This document shows, piece by piece, positions 24,001 to 36,000 of a DNA stretch of 64,000 nucleotides. How positions within the stretch are numbered: position 1 is the stretch's first letter; each line of letters begins with the position of its first letter. Below the pieces are notes generated by a model. That model saw only the letters and a list, made by a program, of their open reading frames with translations, did no database searches and had not been told where the DNA came from. Source of the stretch: an uncultured bacterium. GTDB taxonomy: Bacteria > Omnitrophota > Gorgyraeia > Zapsychrales > Aceulaceae. The position numbers and the translations under genes were made by a program. The DNA is taken from positions 27,205 to 91,204 of the forward strand of contig CALGLP010000023.1 in assembly GCA_937930175.1 (NCBI GenBank). Direction: 5' to 3'.

Positions 24001-27000
24001 TTTGAGGGTCAAATCGAATTTTGCATTATTTTCATCCCTTCCATCTCCCGCATGGTTAGGCGAGATCGAGAGAGACATCAAAGGGGGAGTTTTTGGATCT
24101 GTGATCGCTTTAAAAGATGAAGACGATAGATTTCTCGCTCTCATCTATTGCCGTAAAATGACGTATCCTTTTTCTGGGGGAAAGATTTGCGCAGGATCGA
24201 CTAAGCCGCAAGAGAAGAAACAGATGACCAGCATTGCTTTTATTCAGGTTGCGGATAAGCGTGGCGCAGCGCTAGCCTTAGAAACACCCGCCTTTATCAC
24301 ATTTCTGATCAAAGAAGTTGTGAAGCGCAGCGTTGAAGATACGACGCTTTCTGCGGATCTTCGGGGAGCCGTGACTTTTCACTACAAGCATTGTGGAATG
24401 GAAAAGGTTTTGGACCAGACGCTTCCGGAATTCCTGAAAAGCATAGGATTTCAAGAAGTGACTTATACTTTTCAGGCCGGAGGGATTTGGGGAAGCGAGC
24501 AAATCGGAACAGCCGATTATTTAATGTTATCCAAGGCTGCTGCGTTGAAGCTTTTGGCGAAAAATAGTTCGTCCATCGCAGCGTCATCGTCAACCCCAGC
24601 GGTGCAAAACAAAGCATCTTACAAATATATTTTCTTTGGGTTGATTTCATCCGCCTACGCAGGATACCACCCCGTCTTGGGCTGGGGTGAGGACTGCAAA
24701 AATGGCCTTACAGGTGCTTCGGCGGATGTTTGCCTTTTTCTGAAAAAGACGGATGACTTTAGTCGTTGGGCTCCATATTTAACGTTTAAAGCTTTCCGCA
24801 AATGGATGGCGGCGCTTAGGGCAAGGCTGAGCGCTTGCGCGCAAAAAGGAAAAGATTTTGGGGAGCTGTTGCGTTTGGATTTCTTCCGTGGCTGGAGTAC
24901 CAATGTTGTCGCAACGGCTCCCTTGTTTTTTATAGGAGGTTTTCTTCCTGCGGTGCTTATCGTTCAAAGTGAAAGTCCGTTGACAAACAAAGCAAGCAGC
25001 ACTCTTTTTTCTAGGGATGTGCTTACAGATCTTGAACCGCAGCGCATGATGTGGCTCATTCGGATGATCGCTGATAACGATGAGAAATTATTTGGCCACA
25101 TTGAACAATTATTTAGTCAGGATGCAGAGAAAGTCAGGGTTTTTGCCGCGATCAACAAGTACCGTGAAATTAGTTTTAGCAAGATTTTTGAAAAAGTTGA
25201 CGGAATATCCCAAAAGCGGTTTCGTAAGGTCTTTATGGGGATTGTGGGTGATCTTTTGTCGAAAAATGCAAAGGTCCAGAAGCTATATGAAGAAGCTGAC
25301 GCGCTTTTTAAGGGAGATCAGAGATATGTGGCTCAGCTTGTTAAAGACGATTTATATAACATTGTTTGGGTTTTGCGCTGGATGAGCATCCAGGAGAAGA
25401 AAAAGCTTGAGTCGCTGATCAGGTTCTTTCCAGTAGCCATGGATTACCGCCGATATAATTATCACGCAAGGATTATTGCCGAAGCCGGTGCCGTTATAGG
25501 GAAGATAGCGGCCGGCATCTATTTATCCGATATTATTGAGGAAAGGCGAAAAGTTCGTTGCAGGCAAGTTATCTACACACATAATGAACAGGTTTTTGAT
25601 TATGTGTTGTATTTTGCCCACATTCCTTATGTTGCTAAAAAAGTTATCCATTATCGAAAGCAAAAAGAGCTTGTTGACAAGCTTAAAAAAGAAAGCTTAA
25701 AAATTGTGCTTTCCAGGGTTAAAAGCCTTCTTCGGAAGATCTATAACGAAGACAAGGCCTCATGGGACCGTCTCTTGAGAGATTTACCTTATCTTCCTGT
25801 TATGCAAAAGGCAGCGATATTCAAGCGTCATTTCTCTGAAAAGATAGAGCAGCGTCAGGCGGCCTTGGAACATCTGGCCACAGGCGTTGATTTGAGCCAA
25901 AAGGCGTTGAGGTCCCGGAAAGATTTTGATCGGAAGGATCTGCGTACGGCGGTGGAGGCTCTTTCTTCACATCCCAGCATACAGGCGGAGATAGTTAATG
26001 ATAAAAAGTATCCTGCGCGTAAGAAACGTCATTCCCTCGTCGAGGGCATCCGATTGCGTATAAAGCGAGCACAGCAGTATGCAGAAATCGGAAAAAGCAA
26101 AGAAGCGCGCGATCTTTTTCTGGAGGCCAGGGGGATGCTTTCTGAACTGGGCCCGGATGTGAGGGCCTTTGAATCTTTACATCAAAGCATTGCCAAAGGC
26201 TTGGAAGTCGTGGGCTGCTCTTGCGACGCGCAAGCCATTGAAGAACTTCAGCAGATATTTGATGAAGCGGAAGGCTTTGCAAGGGACGGTGCATATAAGG
26301 TCGCGAAACATTTTTATCAGAAAGCCAAGAGAATTTTGGCCGGTTTAGGTGTTGAGCCAAGCGTTGTGCAGCCTTTGGGCGAAAGAATTGAGAAAAGCTT
26401 AGCAGAGGTTGGCAAACTTCAACAGACAAAACGACTCGTTACGAAATTAAATACGGCACGAGCTCTTGAGAGACTCAGCATGCGCGTGCAGAAAGCAGAG
26501 CACTTGGAAAGGGAGGAAGGTCTTTACCTCAAAGCTTTAGCGCAATATCAAGAAGCCTTAAGGATTTATGATGTTCTTTTGCAAAAGAAAATCAATGACG
26601 CCGATTGGCTGACACTCACCGGGTTATATCAGAGAGTCGAGAAGGGAGTGCAAAAGACTCAAGAGACATTGATTGATACACAGCAATCAAATAAGTCCAA
26701 GGGCCGCAGCGGCAAAACAACCCTTTCCTCCGGCATTCTTTTAAAATCTCCTATGACCATCCCGCTGCTTATTGCTGCCGCGCAGCAACATCCTCTCATT
26801 GCTAAGTACTTCTTGCGCATGGCAGGGTATGTCGATGAGATCCGGAAAGAATTAGCGCCAGCCGTAAGCAAGGACGACTTTGGCATTACCTCGCGGCAGG
26901 AAGATCAGGGCGAGAATGTATTTTTGCTTAGCACAAAGAGGATTAGCGAGATTTTGTGGAAAAAATGTCCCAAGGAACCGGATGCCGCTACCTTTTTTAA

Positions 27001-30000
27001 TCGCGCGTTTATTGCTTACAACGATGCCCACAGTGCCGAGGCAGGGATCAATGCGCTCAAGGTGATCTTTTTATATGAAAACTACCGTCGATCAGGTCAA
27101 TTGTGGAAGGGCAGGGAATTTCTGAATATCCTTTGTGTGCCAAATCCGGATAGGATCATTTTTGATTTTCAGAGTGTTGAACATAAGAAATCTTTGCGTC
27201 ATGACAAAGGACTTGTTGTTGACCGCGTGCTCAAGATCTTTAACGATTATTTTACACAGGTGTTGCCTTTTGAACAGCAAAAAGTGTCTCTTGAAAAGCA
27301 AAAAGCAGTCAAGGCCTATTTGCGCAAGCGAGGCGGGCTTGATTTCTTTGAAGCAGTCTTTCAGTTCCAAAAAGAAGAGACCGTGCCGGCAGAGCCCATT
27401 ACTTTTGTTATCCGTCGTATCGAGGCCGGTGGGGAGGTGTTCTGGTGGCCGACGATCGTGATCAACCTGGCTGCCTTGAAGACGCCTGATCAAGTTTTGG
27501 AAGAATCCGTCGGGCGCGCGATGTTTTTGTTCTTGCGTTTTATCGCGCGCAGTTACCGGCTGCCTTTTCCTGAAGAGGGCATCGAAGAAAAGATGCTTTT
27601 AAGCTTAAACCCTGTTGGTTGCATTAAGAGTATGATAGGTCCCTTTATAAAAAGAGTTTATATCCGTGATCCGAACACGAACGAGTCATGGCCGCTTAAT
27701 TTTACAGAAAGCATTTTGGATGGCTTGTTCTTGATGCTGGTTAACTGGACCACCATTGATCCTGATGATAACGCTTTTGAGAAGCTCTCTCATAATACAC
27801 GTCGGCTGGCCTCATTTTATGGCGATAAAAATATGCTTGTGCAGGCCTTGTACCGATTGATGACATTGTATGATCTTTGGGATGCCCCCCTTATCATTAA
27901 TCACAAACTTTTCCAGAAAGAACTGTATCGTCAGATCACGGATCTTGTTGCGATCGGCCATAAATACCTGAATCTGCCGTCCTTATTGACACAAGAACAT
28001 CAGAGAGATTATCAGCGTTATTGTTTTGATGAGGCCCAAAAGGTCTTAGCGCTTGCGTTTGCAAGTTTTCAAAGGATACAGCAGGGCGTATCATTTCAGG
28101 AAACAGCAACGCGACAAGAATTTTTGAAGGAGGCAGGCGATGCTGTTGTGGATCTGACGAAGCATTTTATCCGCACGGTTTCTCATCCTAAGGTTGAGAA
28201 TCCTGATCCGGATTGGATTAAGAAATCAAAAGAATGGAGCAGGGCTTTGTCACATTTTAAGCCCATGGGTTCCTCGGCGATCAGCCAAGGCCCTGCCGCG
28301 GCTTCGAGCGCGATTTTTTGCATGCTGTGTCCTGTTTTTCATTTGGGGGCTGTTATTGTTTTTGATTATGCGTTGATCCAATCTATCATTTTTTTCATTA
28401 TTTTTATCGTGGGTTTTACATTAACGATCAAGGCGTGGATCAAAGAGGTTCAGCAAAACAAGCGCGTCAAGGTATTAAGCGATCCTCAAGCTGAAGATAT
28501 CAGCGTTGCTGTTATCAATCGTCCGACATACGACATCCCTAACGCTTTGGATACAAGCACACTCCTTCGTCTTGGTGAGGTTATTTTGGCCAATGAACAG
28601 AACGACAAAATTACTGCGACGCTCATCATGGGAAAAGGCGATCGCGCCTTTGTGGCCGGCGGTGATTTGATTAAAGTTGGGCTAATGAAGACATTGAAGC
28701 AGGCTGCGGGATACGCAAGGCTCGGTCTTGAGACCATGAATATCATCGCGCGATCCTTAAAGCCTGTTGTGGTCCTTATTAATGGTCCTTGTTCCGGCGG
28801 GGGTTCCCATTTGGCCTTAGCCGGTGATCGCATTATCATGGCCCGGACATTTCAGAAACGCTTCAAGAATTTCCTCCAGCATCCGGAAGTGACCTTGAAT
28901 GTCATGCCGGCCTGGGGTGGCCTGATGCGTCTTTCGCAAAGGATCGGGCCCAAGAATGCCATATGCCTTTTTCTTGAGATGGACGAACAGGGTCGAACCC
29001 GACGGGTTTATTCCGAAGAGGCATTGGCCATGGGGCTTGTTGATGAAGTTGTTGAAGAGGGGGAACTTTTTTCAGCCGGCCTCAAGGCTGTGCGCAAGGG
29101 TATTGCTTTGTCGCAAAACGACCTGCGTTTTACCGATCAAAAAAAGTTTTTGGCACAGCAAGAAGAAGTGCAAGGGTTGTTGGGGGATGAGGAGGTAATA
29201 GACTGGATCGCGGCTCATGAGAAAAAGGGGCGCGGAGATCTTGCCCGCGGCGTTGTGAAGATTGTCCAGATCGGTTACGCGCAAGGGATTTCGGCAGCCG
29301 ATGAGGAAACGATCAAGTTATCCGCCTGGGCCTTTTTCTCTTCAGAAGCCAAGGCTGCGATTGTAGAGAAAGTCAAAGAGCTAAAAGATCGCCGGGAAAA
29401 AGGAGTTGAAAAGAAGGATAGGATTTCCTCATCGCTTAAAAATCAAAAAGAGTGCCAAGCCCTGATAGGCCAGATCGCTGATGTTTTACAGCTAGAAAAA
29501 TCTGATGAATATGATTTTGGTGAGAAACCCTTAGCTTTCGGGGGCAACGAATATATTTTTCAATCTTTATCCAGAAAGTCTGGAAAGCCTGTTGTTCGTC
29601 TGGGCTGGGGCCATAACGGTATGGGGAGATTTCAGCAGGACCAGTATTGGGGCTCTTGCTTGGTGCAAGTTGGCCAGCTTGTGTTCATGGACGCGCAGAT
29701 GTTTAAGGAGCTGAGTCAGTCCTTTCAAGAAGTCTTGAGAAATAACATTATTCTTTGCCGTGATCTGCATGACAGCACGATCGACAATAAAGGCTTACGG
29801 GATTACACCTCAGCCGTTATGGCCGCGATGTTTCAAGTTGATTTTGAGGGGAAATGGGTCATCGACTTTGGTAGCGGGGATGGAATGCTGTCATTGGCCG
29901 CGCAGGTGTTTGACCCCGCATTTATAACACTCTTGGATTGTGATGAGGATGCTCTTAGGCGGGCAGCCGTCCATTCCGGTCTAAATAGTCTCAAGAGATC

Positions 30001-33000
30001 TTTGGGCCCAACTTTTTTAAAGGCAGACTTGCGTAAACCTAAAGAAATGATGTCCATGCTGAAAGCCCAGAACGCTCATCTACCTATTATTATTTTAGCG
30101 AATTTGGGGGAATCAGAATATTGGTATGATGGGATAACGAATCAGACCGTGATCAAACTCCTTCCTGCTATTGAGCACTTCACGGGATGTCAGATTAGCG
30201 ATGTTGCCTTCGGCGGATATATTTCAGCTTATGATATTTATACGCAAGGTCTTCCTGAGAAGGCGATCCGAGATGATCAAGAGTTGCTTAAGCGTACAGC
30301 AGGTTTTACTGTTTGTCCTGAAGTCGGGTCAACTGATCTTACCTTTGGCCCTGGTGCCTGGCGCGCTAAGAGGAATGGTCTTTGTTCCTCTGTGATCATG
30401 GCCGTCGGTATCACAGGGCTCGCTGCGGCACTAGCCGGTTTTGGCGCAGAGCATCTGCACGAGCTTCTTGTCTTTGCTCAACAGATTAACGGGCCTGGCC
30501 TGAGTTTTATCGAAGGGCCGGGGTCGGCCCTGGCCCTGGCCGGGGCGCCCTTGCAGGAGTTTTTGGCCGCGGTCAACCCGACGATTTGCCGGTCCGCCTC
30601 GGAAACAGAGGCTGCGCAGACAAAAAAATGGCTCGATTCCATGGCTGCCGATGAACTTTTAACGGTCATTGGTCTTCAAAAAGGCAACGTTTTCAAAGAG
30701 CCACAAGATACCCTCAATAAGCTAAAAATCGTATCGATCCGAACCCCGCGACGTCGCCAACACAATCTTCCCTCTGTTGATGTTTTGAGCCAGCGCATTT
30801 CTTCGTCGGCAATAATAAAGATCCGCGATGCCAAGGATGTTCTAAATTTTGGCGGTAAAGCCGCAAACTCAAGCAAAGTAATAGAGCTAGGGAAGCGCGT
30901 CCCAGACGGTTTCGTGTTGCCTGATGAAATATTTGACGACTCTGTAATGCCAGAGATCGATGCCATCCTTCATGATTTGGCAGTAGATGTTGAAACGCCA
31001 GAGACCATTTTCGCGATATCCCAAAAAATTTCGGAACTTGTCGTTTCAAGAGACTTTCCTGCCCAGCTTCAAGACGATATCATACAAGCCTATCGCATCT
31101 TTAAGAACGGAAGAAAAGATTTAAGAGTCGCTGTCAGGACCAGTGGTATTAAGGAAGATTCTCGTGCTGCTGCATTCGCCGGACAGTTTAAAACCGTTTT
31201 GAATGTCGCCACAGAGGATGAGCTTATCATGGCCATAAAAGAATGCCGAGCTTCATTATGGAGCCCGCAGGCCATTATTTATAAATGGCACAACAGCATC
31301 GACACTAAAATGTGCATTATCGTCCAGGAGATGATACCTGCAGAAACATCGGGAGTTGCTATGAGTGCTGACCCCTTAACGGCCGACAAACACGAGACGG
31401 TTATTCATGCCGTGTGGGGATTATGTGAAGGGGCGGTCAACGGCTCGGTGCCGGCAGATGAGATACGTTATGACAACAAGGCAAGAAAAGTTAATCCGCA
31501 CAGGTCAACCAAGGCCTACAAAGACCGGATGATCGTAGTCTCGCCGACCTCGGGCGTAGAGGAAGTCTCCGTTCCCAAGAAAAACAGGAATAGATGGGCT
31601 ATTGATGGTGAGCAGCAAAAAGAGGTAGCGCAAACTGTTTTGGAGCTGCAAGACGCCTTTGATGGCCCTGTGGATATGGAGTGGAGCTATTACCAGAGAG
31701 AGCTTTTTATCCTTCAGGTCCGCCTCATAACGGCGATCAATGAGAAGACTGCCTTTCCCATTGAGTGGGATGGAGAAGAGGATAAAGCGTTGCAGTGGAC
31801 CTGGGCCCCGTTTATCTTTAACGGTAACGCCACGTTCCTGGAGATTTCAGGGACCAGGCATACCAATGACGGCAATCTGCGGGCCGGAAAAGCCCTTTCT
31901 TTGCCAACGGATTCTATATTCAAGGTTTTCAACGGTTTTACTTACAGGGCGTTATACAGCAATAAGAAAAGCAAGTATCTTGCTCCGTTCTTATGCAAAC
32001 GCCTTGTGCAGAATATGCTTAATTTTATTTTTCCTTATTATCTTGAATTGATCCGGATCTATCCGCGTTGCGTCGGTTCTTTAGGAAGAATTGGCAAGAT
32101 CTTTGATCTACTCTGGGAAAATCAGTGGGACAATCTTCTGCCGGAGGTCAAGCAGAGATTATCCAGACTAAAAGCGATATATGTCGGTGCCGGAGGGGCG
32201 CCTTACTCGGAACTCCATTCGAATGTTCAAGAAATAGCCGATACTGAGACCAAATTTTGGGAAATTAACCGCAGAAGCATAACTTTCATGCGCTACCTTA
32301 ACATTCACTATTTTAAGAAGGCGGATTACGCATTATTGGCCCAAGGATCCGTAACGGCTATCAGCGAGCTGAGGTCCAAGATTGTGGCAATAGCTGATAT
32401 TGTCAAACAAAACAGTGTTTTACATGACGAATTGGCGAGTCGTTTCAATAACGCGGTAGAGTTGAATACCCCCGTAGACATTTCGGGGCTGGACAAGATA
32501 AAGGGCGGTCCGGAATTCTTGATTATGCTGGATAATTTTCTTGATGAGCATGGGGGAGTATGCTCCAATTTCCTGATACCGACTTGGTCCGAAAACAATG
32601 TCGATGTCATAAGATGGATTTTAGCATCTTGCGATATGGAGGAGAGAGCAGGAGATATTAAGGCCAGGGAGCAAAGGATAAACGACTTATTGGCTGTGGT
32701 AGGTCCTATCCATCGACCTCGAGCTAGGTACGAGTTGGAGCTACCCATAAAGATCGAGAGAATTTTTAACGACCACAATTATTATAATAAACAACTGTTG
32801 GCAGGCGGAGAGCGGTTGTTTTTCCTTAAATTAGGCGAGAGGCTGACGGATGAATTTATCTTGGAGTCTTCCGAGCAGATATTTTTCCTTTCATACGAAG
32901 AGATCTTAGATTTGTTACGCAAGAAGTCAGAGGGAGGCGGCATCGAGATCAGCGCCATAAGGGCAAAAATCCGAGAGAGATTTGCTATATGGAATAGCCG

Positions 33001-36000
33001 CAATGCTATGAGGCCACAAATGCATATCGGCAGTATGCATAGTAGAAATCCCGAGAAAGTAACTGCGGTAATCGGAAGACCTAAAAAATCGATAGCTGGG
33101 TGGGCGTTGCTCAATGATTATGCCGTAGAAACTCAGGATGAGGATAGCAAGATATTAAAAGGCCGGCCTGCGTCCCCAGGGATCTATGTCGGCAAGGTCA
33201 AGGTTGTTCTTTATCCGCATGAAAGTAACAAGATCGCGAAAGGCGACGTTCTGGTCTGCAGAACAACTGATCCGACCTGGACAGCATTATTTTCTACCAT
33301 CGGGGCTGTGGTGGCCGATTTTGGCAATGGAGTAACCCAGCATACTGCGATTACTGCCCGGGAATTCAGGATACCTGCTGTCGTAAACACAGGCTCAGCC
33401 ACTAGGCTGTTAAAAGACGAACAGGTCGTTCGAGTTGATGGTTACGAGGGCACAATCACGATTATTTCCTCGCCGGTCCTTCCCGCCCTCTTAACCCTTG
33501 GCCTGATGGGCACGGCGCTGGCAAGTTTTTCGGGCGTATCTGGGGCGGGTGCCATGACCCAGGCGGGGTTGATGGATGCAGGGGTTTGGGCGTGGCTCGC
33601 GGGTTTTGGCACAGAGCATCTTCACGAGCTTCTTGCCTTTAGCCGGGACACCTTGGGGCCGCCGTTTATTTTACAAGCATTTTTCTTTCTTGTGGCCCCG
33701 TTAGACTTCCTGAAAGTTCTTTACTCTCCGTTCACCCAGATATTCCAACCAAAAAAATTCCTGACAGAAAAGCCTTTGGTAAAGGCGGATGAAAATTCCA
33801 GCGAAAACCCCAAAGAAGCCTCGCAGTCCGATTCCCTTTTAAGAGAGCAGCAGGCTCTTGTTTCTGTCGAGCTTGGTATTTATAAAACAAAGGTTATTTT
33901 TTTAGGGGTCAGCGATAAAGGACGCCCGTTAAAACAAAAATTAATGTTTCGCAGTATCTTGACCAAGGATTTGCTGGAAGATACGCGCGTATCCGCTGAA
34001 AAGTTAGGCCGCTTTATCCTCCGCACGACCAAGGAAGCCCGTACTCAAGCTCAGAAGAAAGGCCGGCGGCTAGTCGTTTTACCGGTCTTTAGCTTGGCCT
34101 ACAATGATCGGTTTGATGCCCACAGTGAACGCTTAAGGCAGGACCTTTCCCTCATGCTGGGCAGCCAAGGCATTGTTAAGCCTGATGCGGTGGCGGTGCT
34201 TTCTTACCATTTAAGAAAAATCCTTCCCACTCTGGGGAAGAAAATCAGGGGCCAAAATCTCATTTTTCTTAAGATGTCCGGAGGATTGGGCGGCGGCTCC
34301 ATTGTCAACGTGCACACCCATGATCTTTATGAGAATGAAATTGTCAACCGGCCGGTGGCTGATATTAAGCTTAAAGGGAAAAGCCATCGCATTAAAGTCG
34401 GTTCAAAGATATTCACGCTCATCTTTAAAGGCTCCCAGCCTTTTTCAGCGGGGAATATTATTTCGGGTAAAGGGATCGAAAGAATTTTAAAGAGTATTGA
34501 TTGTCAATTAATGAAAGAAGGGCGTCGGCCTGTCTTTCAGGGGCTGCTTGCCCGGTATCCCAAGAAAAAGGTCGATGGGTATTTGCTGGAGGGGATCATT
34601 TCCAATGAGGTTCATGCCTCGCGTGAGGTGGTGAGCCTTTCGCGAAAAATTCTGGTCTTGATCGGCGAATATTTGGGTCAGTTGATCGTACTTTTGCACA
34701 AAGGAGAATTTGAGTCGTACAAAAAGAAAGACCGTTGGAGCCAAAAGGACAAGACAGAGGTTTCTCGCACACTGAATTTTATCCTAGAGACAAAAGGCGC
34801 GTGCGGTAAGATCATTAAGCAGTCTGCCGCACGGTATTTGAAAAAACATCTTCCTCAAGAGCAGATCTGTCTTGTTCATTTTTTTGATGAGGGAGAATTG
34901 GCAGCCGCAAAAGGGGCAGCCTATTTTATTCCCAGACAGGCTCTCTATGAAGCCCTGATCAAGGCCAAGTATCTTTTGTCCACGGTGAACGCGGGCATCA
35001 ACCGCCAGCAGCAGGTGGCTGAGCATTTTAAGAGCCGGATCATGAACGGCAAGAATGTCGGGCTCAAGAAATGTATTCGTAAGCTAAAGATCGCTTTCAA
35101 ACAAATTTCCGGTGTTGAGATGTATCGTTACCGTCAAGATTGGATCGCGGTTTTAGGCCAGACGATTTTTGCCAAGGAGAGCAACTCACTGCGGGAGGCC
35201 TTGAGCGAAGTAAGTTGTCTTTTAGGGGAGACAAAGTTTAAGGTTAATGAACATGTCTTAGGGTATCTGACGAGATCTCATGATCTTACGGAGCAAGATG
35301 CCGGCAAGTTAAAACTGGTCTTAGATTCTTTAAAGCCCCGTAAGTTTAAGAATCGCCTTAGATCTGGCTATGTTTCTTTACGTTTGCTTGTCAAGCAGTT
35401 GAGTACTGTTAAAAATATCGCGGTTCTTTTGATCTTGATGGGGGCCACCCTGGAGATCTTTGATCAGCTGGTGAATGTCCTAGACGTGATCTCAACGTTT
35501 TCGGGATATTTCTTTAAGTGGATGGGTAACGGTGTGGTTGTGTTGACCCTTTTGGGTTTGATCGCGTATGCTCTTAAGCCATTGTTTCGTCGGATCGTTT
35601 TTAGAGAATACCAATCGTTTGTTAGCCAGGACACGGTTACAAAAGCCGCGCGCAGGATCCGGGTCGCCCCGCTTGACTTTACTCAGGCGGAAGATAAATC
35701 GAGCTATAGCTATTTGGTGTTTAATTCTGTGCCTTTTTTAAGGCAAATAAGAGATATTGTGCACGGCATTATCCGTTATAGCGGTTTTTCGCATGATGGT
35801 TTTTATGGCGTGGAGGATGTTGGTGAGCACGGCAGGACCAAAGGTGAATTCCTAAATAAGTTAGTCATCGATTATTTAGCAACGGGGGCCAGGCAAAGGC
35901 GATGGAGCCGATGGCTGATGGATAAGGTTTTCCGATTTTCGTTGAGCCCGGCGTATTCTTATCGCAAGGGCCAGCAGATCTTAAGCCAGCTATTTGCGAT

